NCBI GenBank assembly: GCA_951406725.2
Contig: OX597820.1
Span: 55,304,001 to 55,368,000, forward strand
Reading direction: 5' to 3'
DNA from: Octopus vulgaris
Taxonomy: Eukaryota
DNA length: 64,000 nucleotides
Positions 36,477 through 50,264 of the stretch are shown piece by piece. Numbering within the stretch: position 1 is the stretch's first letter; every line of letters starts with the position of its first letter. The translations under genes and the position numbers were made by a program. The notes under the pieces were generated by a model that did not search any database, was not told where the DNA came from, and worked only from the letters and a program-made list of their open reading frames with translations.

Positions 36477-37737
36477 CAGGGATTGGACAAAATAATGGAA
36501 ACACCTTAAAATTTCAAACAAATTTATTTTAATATGGAGTAGGATCACTTTTGGCAGTAATTACAGCTTGAATTCTATGAGGTTTGGACTCGTACAAAGT
36601 TTGAATTGCTTCCAAAGGAATTTTTGTCCATTCACCTAAAACAGTCTCCAGTTCTTGTAGTAATGATGGTGGAAGATATTGACTTCTTTCTTGCTTTTCT
36701 AAAATGCACCATAAATGTTCAATAATATTGAGATCTGGGGATTGTGGTGGCTAGATAAGATGTTCAACTTCACTAGAATGTTCCTCGTGCCATTCAGTAA
36801 CAACATTAGCTGTGTGAATTGGTGCATTATCATCCTGAAATATTGTGTTTCCCTCTGGAAACAGTTCCACAACCATAGGATGAATTTGATCAGATAAAAG
36901 GCTTAAATAGTCTTGACTATTAATTCTGCCATGAAGGGAAAACATTGGGCTGGCAGACTGCCAAGATATAGTGTCCCCCCCCACCCAATCATCACAGATC
37001 CTCCTCCATGTTTAACAGTTGGAAGAAGGTAGTTTGGTCAAATGCTTCTTTTGGCTGTCTCCACATGTATACTCGGTTAGTGGTCAGAAATAAGGTAAAG
37101 GATGACTCATCTGAGAAAATAACATTCTTCCACTGCTCTAGGGAACTATTCTGTAGGTTTTTACTCCACCCTAAATGCTTTGTAACATTTGTTTTTGATA
37201 GTAGTGATTTTCTGATTGCAGCCCTCCTATGAAATCTGGCTTTGTGCAGCTCCCAGCAAACAGTTTTTGTGAAACCTGGGTTCTTGAGGTGGTCATTAAG
37301 CTCTTCAGCAATTTTGGGAACTGTGCTTTTGTGATCCTTTCTAACAATTTGCATAAGAGTCCAACGGTCCCTATCTGAAAGTTTTGGTTTTCTTCCAGAG
37401 TTTTGTTTCGATGAGGAGGTTTTTCCCTCTTTCTCAAAGGCTGTCATTACTTTCAAGACAGTACTTCTTGATACACCAAACATTTCAGTTGTTTTCGTTA
37501 CGCTAGCACCTGCCATACGAGCACCAACAATTTGACCTCTTTGAAAGTCCAATAGATCTGTTATTTTAATGAATTTTAATTACCTTTTTCTGATGATATC
37601 TGAAAAGAAACAGCAAAACATATTAAGCAACACTAATAAATAAATAAATAAATAAACAAGCTTTTGGCAGTTTTATAGATATTTCAAAATTATGATGCCA
37701 TGATGCTAGGTGTTTCCATTATTTTGTCCAACCCCTG
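36477..37737 (-). mobile_element. Full-length Tc1-family transposon with disrupted DDE transposase
   Basis: TIRs CAGGG.TTGGACAAAATAATGGAAACACCT, TA TSD; paired-like HTH start, WKNVIFSDESSF, FQDDNAPIH, SPDLNIIE motifs. Confidence 0.93.
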
Positions 37738-38592
37738 TATATAGATATAATATATATATTTTGGACAAATGACAAAGGATCAAGATACTTGGTTCCTTGC
37801 TGTACTCAAGAAGACCCATCCTCCACAGCAGAAGTGTTGAGACAGTATCCCCTTTTGAAGAGGATTGGCTCGCAAGAGTTCTGTGTCTGTGCCATGTAAA
37901 AAGCACTCATGCTGGTGCCACGTAATAGTCACTTGTGCCAGTGCCATGTAATAGGCGCTTGTGCTGGTGGCATGTTAAAGCACTCAGCACACACTGTAAA
38001 GTGGTTGGTGTTAGGAAGGGCATTCAGCTGTAGAAACCAAGCCAAATCAGACTGGAACCTGGTGCAGCTTCCCCAGTTTATCAACTCTAGTCAAACCATC
38101 CAACCCATACCAACATGGAAAATGGACATTAAAAGATGATGATGATATATATATATATAGTCAGGATGCTATAAGTATATTGTACATTGTTTTTCTTTCT
38201 ATTGATGTGATCCAGAGGAGGGGTTTGTACCCATAGTAACAAAGACCCTCCAAGACTGATGAGATTGATGCAGTTAATATTCGTCTTGAACAGTGTTTTT
38301 GTAGTGGTCGCCTTGGGTGCTAGTATTTTCTAATCCTTGGTAGTGGTGGTAGTGACCAAGTTGATTTTTTTGGTTCAAGTGTACTTGTATGTATTGATCT
38401 CTGAACTTGGTGTTTGTAATGTGAAATGAATAGGATGAACTTTTACATCCGTATCTGCTGATGACAATTTTTGTGGTTTTTATAGAAATTAGATGTTGTA
38501 TATTTATGTGTCAATAACTACTATATCTCAATTTCAAACACTCTTCCCTCTCTTTCTTTATTCTGATGCTTTTCAAATAAAATTCATTCCAG

Positions 38593-38745
38593 CTGTCATC
38601 TACCTGTTTTGTACATTGGCTTGGAGTACGGTTTGACCAACAACTCTAAACTAGCAGAAAGATTCTTTAGTCAAGCATTGACCATTGCTCCAGAAGATCC
38701 TTTTGTTCTTCATGAGATGGGAGTAATTGCTTTCCAGAACCAGGA
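38593..38745 (+). CDS. CDC16: CDC16 exon 13 (CHLPVLYIGLEYGLTNNSKLAERFF...AFQNQ)
   Basis: ttccag acceptor, GA|GTAAGT donor, 153 nt. Confidence 0.96.
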
Positions 38746-39115
38746 GTAAGTACACTTATAATTATATCAGTTCAAATGTAAAACAAGTTTATTTACAGAG
38801 TAAAAGACTGTATCCACCATTGTTTACTTTAGTTATATCAACCTGTCTTGGTGCTATCATTCACTTACAGTGTTATGTCCCTCACTCAAAGGTGGTGAGC
38901 TGGCAGAATTGTTAGCATATCAGACAAAATACTTAACAGTTTTTCTCCTGGCTCTTCACATACTGATTTCAAATTCTGCTGAGGTCAACTTTGCTTTTCA
39001 TCCTTTTGGAGTTGCTAAAATAAGCACCAGTCAAGTACTGTGGTTGATGTAATCAATCAACTTGTTCCTCCCTTCAAAATTGCTGACCCTGGCCTTGTAC
39101 CAGAATTTGAAACTT

Positions 39116-39472
39116 TTATTATTACCTCTGCTTTAGTGAAGGCGGAGGTATTGTTTTCAGTTGTGTTTGTTTGTTTGTCCAGGCACAAGATATCTCAAGA
39201 ACCACTGGATGGATTCAAATGAAACTTTCAGAGATGTTTGGCATGAGCTGATTAGATTTTGGGATCAATCAGGTAACAGACAAGGATTCTGGATTATTTT
39301 ACCGTTTTTTTTACTTAATTTTTGAGAGTGGTAGGGTTCATTTTTAGTATTCTTGTTTGTGAGAGCAGTTGAGTTTATTTCAGATATTCTCATTTTAAAA
39401 ATCATCTCCGGCTAATCATTGAGAGGATGTTGGTGTTGCCTTGGCAGAGGTTTGCATTCTCTGAGTGCTGCT
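39116..39472 (+). mobile_element. Helentron/DINE-1-like (HINE) non-autonomous element
   Basis: 5' ACCTCTGC...GGCGGAGGT inverted repeat, (TTTG)n tract, 3' GGCAGAGGT subterminal repeat then GCATTCTCTGAGTGC hairpin. Confidence 0.65.
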
Positions 39473-41644
39473 GTTGTTGTTGTTGTTGCTGTTAATAATA
39501 ATAATAATGCCACAACAAGCTGGCATAATCGTAAGCACGCCAGGCAAAATGCTTAGCGGTATTTTGTCTGTTGTTATGTTTTGAGTTCAAATTCTGCCGG
39601 GGTTGATTTTGCCTTTCATCTTTTCGGGGTGGATAAATTAAGTACCAGTGAAACACTGGAGTTGATGTAATCAACTAGTCCCCTCCCCCAAAATTTCAGG
39701 CCTTGTGCTTTAGTAGAAAAGATTATTATTGTTGTTATCAAGGTGGCGAGCTGGCAGAGTCATTAGCATGTTGGGCAAAATGCTTAGTGGCATTTCATCT
39801 GTCTTTACGTTCTGAGTTCAAATTCTGCCACGGTCAACTTTGCTTTTCATCTGCTTGGGGTTGATTAAATAAGTACCAGTGAAACACTGGGGTTGATGTT
39901 AATGATTTACCTCCTCCTTGAAAATTTCAGGTCTTTTGCCTTTAGTAGAAAGGATTATTATTATGAAAAAGCAAACTAGCAGAATCGTTACCACATCAGA
40001 CCAAATGCTTAGCAGCATTTCATCCATCTTTACGTTAAATTCAGATTCCTCCGAGGTTGACCATGCCTGAAGTGACAAATGATAGAATCAGTTGGCAAAA
40101 TATCTTGTATTAGCTGTACCCCTTTATATTCTGAGTTCAAAAGCTGCCTTGATTAACTTAACTTTTCCTCCTGGGATTAATGATACAAGTATGAGTCATT
40201 TTATTTAATTAACAAATAAATATATAGATTGGTATAATTAGTAGAGTACCAGAGAAAATAGTGGCTGATATTTATTTACGCCCCTTTACTTTCTAAGTTC
40301 AAATATTGCTGAAGATTTGAGATCAATAAAAAACTTACCAGTCAAATATGAGGCTAATTTTAATTGCCTACAATCCTGCCTGTGGAGGCACATGGCCTAG
40401 TGGTTGGAGCAGCAGAATCGCGGTCGAGGGATCACGGGTTCGAATCTCAGACCGGGCGATTTGTGTGTTTATGAGCGAAACACCTAAACTCCATGCGGCT
40501 CTGGCAGAAGGTAATGGCGAACTTCTGCTGACTCTTTGGCCACAACTTTCTCTCACACTTTCCTCCTGCATCTTGCAGCTCACCTGCGATAGATCTGTGT
40601 CCCATCCAGGTGGGGATCCTGTACGCCAAGGAAACCGGGAAACTGGCCCTTATGAGCCAGGTGTGGCTCAAGAAGGAACAAACAGTTCTGCCCTTTCAAA
40701 ATTATAAGACCTTACCAGTGGCACTCTTGGGCACTGCTGGTAACATGTAACCCAGTACAGTCTGCCACATGGTCAGGTCATCAGTAAGTAAACCGGTAAT
40801 CCGACCAAACTTGCTTGAAGAGGAGGGTGATTTTTTGGACATCCTGTTGGATGTAAAACAAAACCAGTCAAAAGATGGAGGAACTCAAGAGAGTCAATGG
40901 CTGTCCAAATATGTGTGAAGACACGTGACATAGCAGTTAGGATGTTGCACTCACAATTGTGAGATCATGTTTTTGATTCTCAGACCTGCTGTGCTTTGTG
41001 TTCTTGAGCAAAACACTTCATAGGCGCAGGCGTGGCTATGTGGTAAGAAGCTTGTTTCCCAACCACATGGTTCTGGATTCAGTCCCGCTGTGTGGTGCCT
41101 CGGGCTGACCAAATCCTTGTATGTGGATTTGGCATACAGAAACTGAAAGAGGCCCATTGTGTGTGTGTGTGTATTTTTGTGCGTGTCTTACTGCCTGTGT
41201 TTGTCCCCCCCACTACTGCTTGACAACCAGTGTTGGTGTGTTTGCATCCCCATAACTTAGTAGTTTGGCAAAACAGACCAATAGAATAAGTAGAAGGCTT
41301 AAAAAAGAAGTACTGGTGTCAATTCATTCAACAAAAAAATTTAAGGTGGTGCCCCAGCGTGGCCATAGTTTAATGACCTAAACAGATAAAAGATAGAAAA
41401 TAAAGATTTCACATTGATCCAGTTCACTCAGCTGTTAGTGGGTAACCTTGTGACAGATTAGCATACAAGGACGAGATGGTTGACTCAGAAAAATCACCTG
41501 AACACAGGTCTCTCAAGCCAAGTTTGGCATTCAGCAATCAAAAGGACGAATAGTACAACTCATACTGTGAACCCTGACTGGCTGAGATTGGTTGTTCAAC
41601 CACATTGAACAACCAATTAAATGATGCTACTCATAACAATCATT

Positions 41645-41848
41645 TACATTATTTACATTTGACGGATATTTGTCCTCATCTTGTTTTGTTGTTAACACAA
41701 CGTTTTGGCCGATATACCCTCTGAAACGTTGTGTTAACAACACCTTTAGAGGGACTTAGAAATTTTAATATTTCTATAAGATGAGGACAAATATCCGTCA
41801 GATGTAAATAATGTACATAATTCCTCATCTCTTAAATATAGAACTGTA
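41645..41848. repeat. Palindromic Penelope-like remnant with 3' tail
   Basis: tacattatttacatttgacggatatttgtcctcatctt inverted at 41778-41815; inner tgttgttaacacaacgttt / aaacgttgtgttaacaaca. Confidence 0.75.
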
Positions 41849-41880
41849 TTATTTTCATTATTGTTGTCGTTTTCTTGCAG

Positions 41881-42006
41881 TTATACTACAGCAGAGCAAT
41901 ATTTCTTGGATGCCTTAGAGAAGGTCCGCTGTGTAAGTAACCAGATTACAATAGAGAAATGGGAAACCCTCCATAACAATCTTGCCCACACATGTCGAAA
42001 ACTCAA
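41881..42006 (+). CDS. CDC16: CDC16 exon 14 (YTTAEQYFLDALEKV...KWETLHNNLAHTCRKLK)
   Basis: cttgcag acceptor, AA|GTATGT donor, 126 nt. Confidence 0.94.
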
Positions 42007-42485
42007 GTATGTATTATTCTTTTTCTTTTTTTTTTTTATATGTATATGTAAGTGCAGGCATGGCTGTGAAGTAAAAAGTTTGCTTTCCAACCACATGGTT
42101 CCAGGTTCAGTCCTACTGTATGGCACCTTGGGCAATGTTCTTCTACTATAGCCCTGGATCAACCGAAACCTTGTGAGTGGAAACTGAAAGTAGCCTCTTC
42201 TGTGTGTGTTGTGTGTCTGTTCCTCACCTCATTGGTTGACAAGCTTTGTTGGTGTGTTTACATCCCTGTAACTTAGTGGTTTGGCAAAAGAGACTGATAG
42301 CATAAGTACCATATTTAAAAAAAAAAAGCCCTGAGGTCATTTTGTTCAACTAAAAAGTTTTCAAAGTGTGTCCCAACATGGCCACAGTTCAATGACTAAA
42401 ATGAGTAAAAGGTATATGTAGCAAGCACTGTTTAATTGAGAAGAGCTGGAGCAGTGCACATGGTTTTTCTCAGAAACATCTTTAA

Positions 42486-42705
42486 CCTGTTAGCATTCAG
42501 AATCCTCTGTCAAATGAAATGCTTATTTATTCACATTGTTTTGAATTAATCATGCATTATCTTGTAGCTTCAAGATTTCAATGATGTGATTTGTTTGTTT
42601 TTAAAATGACATTGTTGGAGAGGTCAAGAGGCTAAATCTGGCCAGCTTAAACATAAAGCAGGAGGAATATTTAGGCCCGAAATGGCCAGTTTAAATGCTA
42701 AAAGG
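42486..42705. mobile_element. piggyBac-like MITE
   Basis: TTAA|CCTGTTAGCATT...AATGCTAAAAGG|TTAA. Confidence 0.7.
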
Positions 42706-45413
42706 TTAATTGGAGGATGAGAGATAACTTGGAAGGATCAATGTTGGTAATGCTTAGTTTGAATGAATTATTTATTGCATGTTATCATCATCATTGTTTA
42801 ACATCCTCCTTCTATGCTGGCATGGGTTGGCTGGTTTGATAGGAGCTGGCACAGTTTTTATGGCTGGATGCCCTTCCTAACATCAACCACTCCCACAGAG
42901 TGGGCCGGGTGCTTTTTTACGTGGCACCAGCACAGGCAAAGTCAGTTTTGGCATGGTTTTTACAGCTGGATGTTCTTCCAAATGCCAACCAATTTACATT
43001 GGCACCAGCAATGGAAGGATGACCAAGTAACTTTGAGAGGGGAGGGGGATTGGAGGAGGGAGTTAAGATGAAACACAGGCAGGGATAGTGTCCTAGTGGG
43101 AACTATTCTAGGAAAGAAGGATTGGGGTAATGGTAATGAAAGTGGATGGTGATTGAGAAAAAACATGAAGTTGCAGTGGAGAGAAAATGAAGGTAAATGG
43201 CAGTTAGTGAGGAGAGATGCCGAGACTTTGTTTTAATGGAGGTCCAACAAGGCTAACCCCACTTGCCGAGAAAAATGAACTTAAAACATGTGTTATTGTG
43301 CTACTTATCAGAAAGTAATTTTATCGTATATATGGTTATGGTCAAGTCCAGAACTGAAACTGATAGTGGTCTGCATTGACAAAACTTAATTCATAAGTTG
43401 GTAAAATGCTAGGTGTATTACAGTATTTTCTGGCATACAAGTCAAATTTTTCAGGCCAAAATTAACAATCAAAGAACATAAGTTGTCTTATATATTTGGT
43501 TCAAAGTTTGGTAGAAGACCAGCAATTTCAGAGAGGGGCAAGTCGATTACATTGACCCCAATGCTCATCTGGTACTCATTTTATCAATCCCAAAAGGATG
43601 AAAGGCAAAATCAACCTTGGAGGAATTTGAACTAAGAACATAGTGACAGACAAAATACCGCTAAACATTTTGCCTGGTGTGCTAACGATTATGCCAGCTC
43701 ACCATCTTAAATTGCCTTATATTAAGATAACTTCGGAGGGCCAAAAATTCCATGTGAAATGCAACAAGATGGAAAGATAATGACAATGTTTGAATATTTA
43801 CATTGTATTTTACATCAATTTGTATGCCAAAAAATACGGTATTTGTTGTGAAGAGTGGAAGAATCTGATATTCTGGACTGGATACTCGCACTACGTTGGG
43901 GAGAGAGATTATTTCTATATAAAACTATTGTTCCCTAGTTCTGAAATTTTGAATAAGATGATCAATGAAGTAAAAGATTGATGTAGGATGATAGATGGGG
44001 AAGCCAGTGACAGGTGGCTTGAGTAGTGTGGGAGCTCTATGACGATGGAGAGAGAGAGGGGGGGGTGATCAAAGTTTGTAACAAGCTCCAGGTCTATTGA
44101 AATGGGAAGTGAGTGGTATGGGTCAGGTCAAAAAATATTATGAATATTAAGACATGTTCAGGCATGGGTATGTGGTAAGAAGCTTGTTTCCCAACTACAT
44201 CATTCCTGGTTCAGTCCCACTGTGTGGCACCTTGAGCAAGTGTCTTCTATTCTGGCTCAGGCTAACCAAAGTCTTGTGAGTGGATTTGGCCAATAGAAAC
44301 TAAAAGAAACCTGTCATTTTTGTGTGTGTCTGTGTTTGTCCCCCATCACCACTTGACAACCAGTGTTGGTGTGTTTACATCCCTGTAACTTAGCAGTTAT
44401 AGAAGAAGTGTCAGACTTTAAAAAATAAGTACTGGGGTTGATACATTCAACTAGAATATTCCTCGAGGCAATGCTACAGCATGGCTGCAGTCTAGTGACT
44501 GAAACAAGTATAAGGTAAAAAGTTATTTCAAAATAAAGTGAAACCTGCCATGAAACATGATTTGGTTAAAAAATGTCTTTTCTCTAACTTTAAATTCCTG
44601 TATTTTAAAAGCTTGTTACATAAATTGTCTAAAAAAAAAACTCATATGGCCTCAGGTATCTCACTTTTCACAGGTTTTGACTTCAAGGATTTTTAGCTGA
44701 ACAAATCGACCCCAGTAATTGTTTTTTTAAAGTCTGGTTCTTATTCTGTTGGGTTCCTTTTGTTGAACTGCTAAGTTATGAGAGTGTAAACAAACCAACA
44801 CCAGTTGTCATGTGGTGAGGGTAACAAACATGCACGTACACAGACACACACCACCACCATCAGCATAATTTAATGTCCATTATCCATAGTGACATTACTT
44901 GGACAGTTCGACAGGAGCTGGCAAGCTGGGGTTCTGCACCAGGCTCCAATTGTCTGTTTTGGTAAGGTTTCTACAGCCAGATGTCCTTCCTAATAATTTA
45001 TGGAGTATACCAGGTGATTTTTACATAGCACCAATATAGGTCTACCAGATCCACTCCCAAGTCTTTGGTCAGCCTGAGGCTGACTTGTCCAAAGTACTGT
45101 GCAGAAGGACTGAACCCAATACCACATGGTTGAAAAGTGAGCTCCTTAACCACACAGCCATGTCTGTGCCTAGAGATGTGCAAATGTTAAAAACAAGGTA
45201 TCAAATTAAGTCAATTAATTTATATAAATGAAATACCTTAATTTCTTTAAGTTGCACATTGATTCAGCTACTTGTACTAAGAACAACAACAGTTAAATAT
45301 TGAATTAAATATGCAAATTAGGCACATAAATTTTTGCATTTCCATCTGGGTTAAATTTCTCGCTAAACCTGGTTTATGTTTACCATGTTTGAGTGACATT
45401 ATATTATTGAATC

Positions 45414-45760
45414 GTGGAGGCACAATGGCCCAGTGGTTAGGGCAGCAGACTCGCGGTCATAGGATCGCGGTTTCGATTCCCAGACCGGGTGTTGTGAGTG
45501 TTTATTGAGCGAAAACACCTAAAAGCTCCACGAGGCTCCAGCAGGGGACGGTGGTGATCCCTGCTGTACTCTTTCACCACAACTTTCTCTCACTCTTACT
45601 TCCTGTTTCTGTTGTACCTGTATTTCAAGGGGCCAGCCTTGTCACTCTCTGTGTCTGTGGAGTGCTCAGCCACTTACATGTTAATTTCACGAGCAGGCTG
45701 TTCCGTTGATTCAGATCAACCGGAACCCTCATCATCGTAACCGACGGAGTGCTTCCATCC
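45414..45760 (+). mobile_element. tRNA-derived SINE with 11-bp TSD
   Basis: A box TGGCCCAGTGG, B box GGTTTCGATTCC; TSD ATTATTGAATC at 45403-45413 and 45761-45771. Confidence 0.85.
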
Positions 45761-46076
45761 ATTATTGAATCTGTCAATAGTAGCACTCTCTGTTTCAGTT
45801 AACTTTTCCTAACCATTTCTTTTGTATGCTGCTCTTGTACACCAGTAGAGAGCATAAATTTTGTACATTCTAAATAAAAGGGGATTTTTTTTTTCTTGAA
45901 AAAAAAAAAAGAAAGGGAATCGATAAGCAAAATATGTTGGATTGTTCACATGACAATAATTTTCTTGAAATGAAGGCAATTTTGAAAGAGAGTACTGTGG
46001 TCACAGCTATTACATGTGTAAATAACTTAAACATTCATGTAACAATGAATGTAAGACTAAAGAATATTCCCTTTTG

Positions 46077-46828
46077 TATGGAGGATTTCAAAATCTAAAG
46101 ATAATCAATGTGTATTCTCAATACAGAAAATCGGGTCTTTTCCCAGACCACATTAAAAAAAACTTAATAAAATTTACAAAAAATTTTTTTAAATCTGCAT
46201 AAGCCACTCTTTAAAAGTTGATTACAAAATTAAGGAAATACACAATCTATTGAATAAGTGAAAGGTGCCGAATGGATGAAAGGTTCATGTGTGTGTGTGT
46301 GTGTATTTCTTTTGGCTATTTCATCATGTTGAACTGTTAATCCCTACATATTTTTTCTCTCTCCTTTTTTACCTCTTAATCCTTTCTGTCAAAGAGCATA
46401 GGCTCAAAACATAAAAGACTTTTCCATTCTTCCTGAATGTTAAACTAAGGTGTATTAGTTTAACATTCAGGAAGAATGGAAAAGTCTTTTATGTTTTGAG
46501 CCTATGCTCTTTGACAGAAAGGATTAAGAGGTAAAAAAGGAGAGAGAAAAAATATGTAGGGATTAACAGTTCAACATGATGAAATAGCCAAAAGAAATAC
46601 ACACACACACACACATGAACCTTTCATCCATTCGGCACCTTTCACTTATTCAATAGATTGTGTATTCCTTAATTTTGTAATCAACTTTTAAAGAGTGGCT
46701 TATGCAGATTTAAAAAAAAATTTTTTGTAAATTTTATTAAGTTTTTTTTTTATGTGGTCTGGGAAAAGACCTGATTTTCTGTATTGAGAATACACATTGA
46801 TTATCTTTAGATTTTGAAATCCTCCATA
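46077..46828. repeat. Near-perfect palindrome: 372/374-bp arms, 6-nt loop
   Basis: 46077-46448 is the reverse complement of 46455-46828; loop GGTGTA. Confidence 0.95.
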
Positions 46829-46842
46829 TATATATATATATA

Positions 46843-46878
<36 letters not shown>

Positions 46879-49800
46879 TGGTAAGTAGCTAGCTTAACAA
46901 CAACATGGTTCCGAGTTCAGTCCCACTCCGTGGCATCTTGGGTAAGTGGATTTTGTAGATGGAAACTGATAGAAGCTCGTCGTATATATGTATGTGTTGT
47001 GTTTGTGTGTTTGTCCTCCCACCATTGCTTGACAACCGATGTTGGTATGTTTACATCCCCATGACTTAGTTGTTAGGCAAAAGAGAATGATAGAATAAGT
47101 ACTAGGCATACAAAGAATAAGTCCTGGGGTCGATTTGTTCGACTAAAGGCAGTGCTCCAGCATTGCTGCAGTCAAATGACTGAAATAAATTAACGAATAT
47201 GTATATAATATCATCATTGAAAACCGACATTAAATGATGATACACATACATATACATTCCAGTCTCCATTATTACCTTTATTTTTATATAGGTTTTAGTA
47301 TGCTGGTCTGGCCTTGTGTATTAATAAATTTTATTTCATGATTACAAGAAAAAATAAAATGGTGTTCATATGTCACTTTATATCGTCTTTTCTGTTAACG
47401 ACTTTTTAATATCTGTCCACCTAATTCCACTGAATTCCTGGAGTAGCAATTTTACTTCGTTTATTTTGCATGCTTGGAATTTCCTGCATGGGTATGAGTG
47501 AGCTCTCCTCATCTGACTGTCCCTTTAAAACTTCATGGCGATAAAAGACTTTAATTGTGATTGGATAATCTGTTAAGATTTAGTAGACATTTTCAGTCCT
47601 TAATATGTTATTTGTATTTATCTTATGAATGAATGAATAAAAGATCATCCCTGAACCTGATGTTTTTTGGGATTTTTTTATCGTGCATTTTGACTATGAT
47701 GTATACTATAGAGAAGTTTGAACTCCTGATTTGTATGTGTTATGAACCACTGAAGCATACTGTGTCAGTAGCAGAACTATAGTAGTTTTAACTTAACTGT
47801 GTTTTTATCTACTCCTTCCTCTTTTTGTTTTCACCTAATACAGGAACATTTTGACTGTAAATTCATAAATGTTTGTGATTTGCACTTTAAGTTAGAATGG
47901 TGAAAATGTGAATAAGAAAAAAGTGTTAAAGGAAATAAGTAGAGGACAGTATCTAAAAGTTCTCCGTTGTTTTTCTTCATTTCAACAACAATTGAATCAA
48001 AGAAACAGTTTTTTCACAGCTCTTTGAGATGATACAATAAAAATAAAAAGTAGGATAAAAATAGTTTCTGATAGAATAAAAATGTTAAATAAAAATATAA
48101 AACTCAGAAAATCCAATTACAAGTTGCTCTGCTGAACTGTCCAAGAATTCTGCTACCTCGACAGATATTTCTGTAACAGTCACGTTTAATTCTGACACGT
48201 GTTTGTTTGGTTTATGCCCCACGTTTGGAAAGTGATCAAGTGGTTGGTAAGAGGCTGGTAGTAGCAGTGGTGGTGGTGGGGACTGTCAGTGGTAGTCATG
48301 TTGGCTGTATTGTCTTTGATGACTGTGGAATAGCAAGAGTGGATAATGCATGGAGGGTTGTTGCAGATGAGATGGAGACCACAGCGAGTGGGATGTTTGT
48401 CGGAGACGATAATTGAAGATGGGTAGAGGTGTTGAATATTGGCTTTGATGGCTTTTATTCAAGTGTGATAGTAATTACGGGGTTAATTGGCTGCAAACTA
48501 GCTTGTTATGATATTTTAGCCTTATCATCATCATATTTTCAGTTATCACCATTTTGGTCAACATCTTCACCACCATCGCCATTCTCACACTTCCCTCATT
48601 TCTTACGACTACCTGGATCATTCCATCTTTTCCTGTCATCATCATCATTATCATCATCATCATCATCATTCCTCCCACCTCCAACACTGCTGTTGTCATC
48701 TCTGCCACGCCATACCCACCACTATCACTGCCATTATTGTTGCTTCTACCACCCTTCGCCATCACCACCACCACTCTGGCTTTACCTTTTCACCGTCACC
48801 AGTATCACTGTTATCACGGCTGCCATCCTCTTTATTGCCTACTCACACCTTCACCACCACCATTTCAAATCGACTGTCTCAGTGATTGCATATATAATAA
48901 ATTTAATCAACAATTCTCATCATTTCTTAACCAAATTGATCCTTCAGTTACCAGGATCCCACCACCACTACCATCACCACAATCCAAATAACCAATCAGA
49001 GAAACAGAGCTAAAAGCTACTTCTGTAGGCTGCTAATAGCTATTCCTGTGAAGAAAGTTCTCTCTCTCTCTCGCTCCCTCCCTCCTTCTCTATTTGTTTC
49101 TCCCTCTCTCTCTCTGTCTATCTCTCTAATAAATAGAGATAGGATACAACAGATTCAATTAGATAAAGTTTTCATCTCACTTTGATGACATAAGTTCATT
49201 TGTAAAAGTCCTTTTCTTTCTGTCTTTCTTTTCCTTTGTTGTTAGACTGTGAGCTGGCAGAATTATTAGCATGCTGGACAAAATGCTTAGCAGTTTTCGC
49301 CCGTCTCTACATTCTGAGTTCGAATTCCGCTGAGGTCGACTTTGCCTTTCATGCTTTCAGGGTCAATAAATTAAGCACCAGTTGCGTACTGGGGTCGATG
49401 TAATCAACTTAAACCCTTCACCATAATTGCTTGCCCTTGTGGCAAAATTTGGAATTATTTATTATTATCATTACTAAGGCAGCGAGCTAACAGAATCATT
49501 AGCACACTGGAGTTGATGTAATTGACTAGTCTCCTCCTGCAAATTTCAAGCCCTGTGCCTTTATTAGAAAGGATTATTGTTATTATTATTAAGGTGGTGT
49601 GCTGGCAGAATTGGTTAGCATGCAGGATGAAATGCTTAGCAGTATTTCGCCTATTGCCATGTTCTGAGTTCAAATTCTGCCACGGTCAACTTTACCTTTC
49701 ATCCTTTCAGAGTCAGTAAATTAAGTACCAGTTGAGTACAGGGGTCGATGTAATCAACTATCCCCCTCCTCCAAATTTCAGGCCTTGTGCCTATAATAGA

Positions 49801-50264
49801 AAGGATTATTATTATTATTATTATTATTATTTAGTGCAATTGATTAAATGTCCTACAGTATTTCATTTCATCCCTTTTAGTCTGAATTCAAATCCTGCTG
49901 GGGTTGATTTTTTTTTCCTCATCCTTTCAGGGTTGATAAAATATGTGCCATTCAAATATTAACATCATCAATTATACCTTAATGAACCTTTCTCTCCCAT
50001 CAAAACATATGGTTTTTGTTACCAGTTTTGGTGGATGCTAGAATTGGTAGAGTGTCTGATGAAATGCTTTGTAATATTTGGTTACATCCCTCTACATTGT
50101 GAGATCAAATCCTTCCAGAATCAGTTTTGCATTCATCCTTCTGAGATTGATAAAATAAGAATCAGATAAATAAATACAAGTGTCGATTTTATTGCCTATT
50201 TGATCCCCCTTGCATTTTGCAGTCTTGTACTTATCTCTGTGTATGTGTGTAGTTAGAAATAGTC

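Noticed and set aside
40745-40815. Possible HDV-like ribozyme in a repeat fragment
   Set aside because: Could not assemble the nested double pseudoknot (no P3/L3/P1.1 pattern)
45414-45490. tRNA gene-like A/B boxes (also at about 20350, 22740 and 40385)
   Set aside because: These are SINE heads continuing into SINE bodies, some with TSDs; no complete cloverleaf
47695-47755. Possible C/D-box snoRNA (ATGATGT...CTGA...CTGA)
   Set aside because: Imperfect C box, no convincing terminal stem, and no rRNA/snRNA complement that I can identify
48207-49013. Long ORFs (up to 194 aa) in intron 14
   Set aside because: Low-complexity CAT/CAC/GGT trinucleotide decay, with no splice context or recognisable domain
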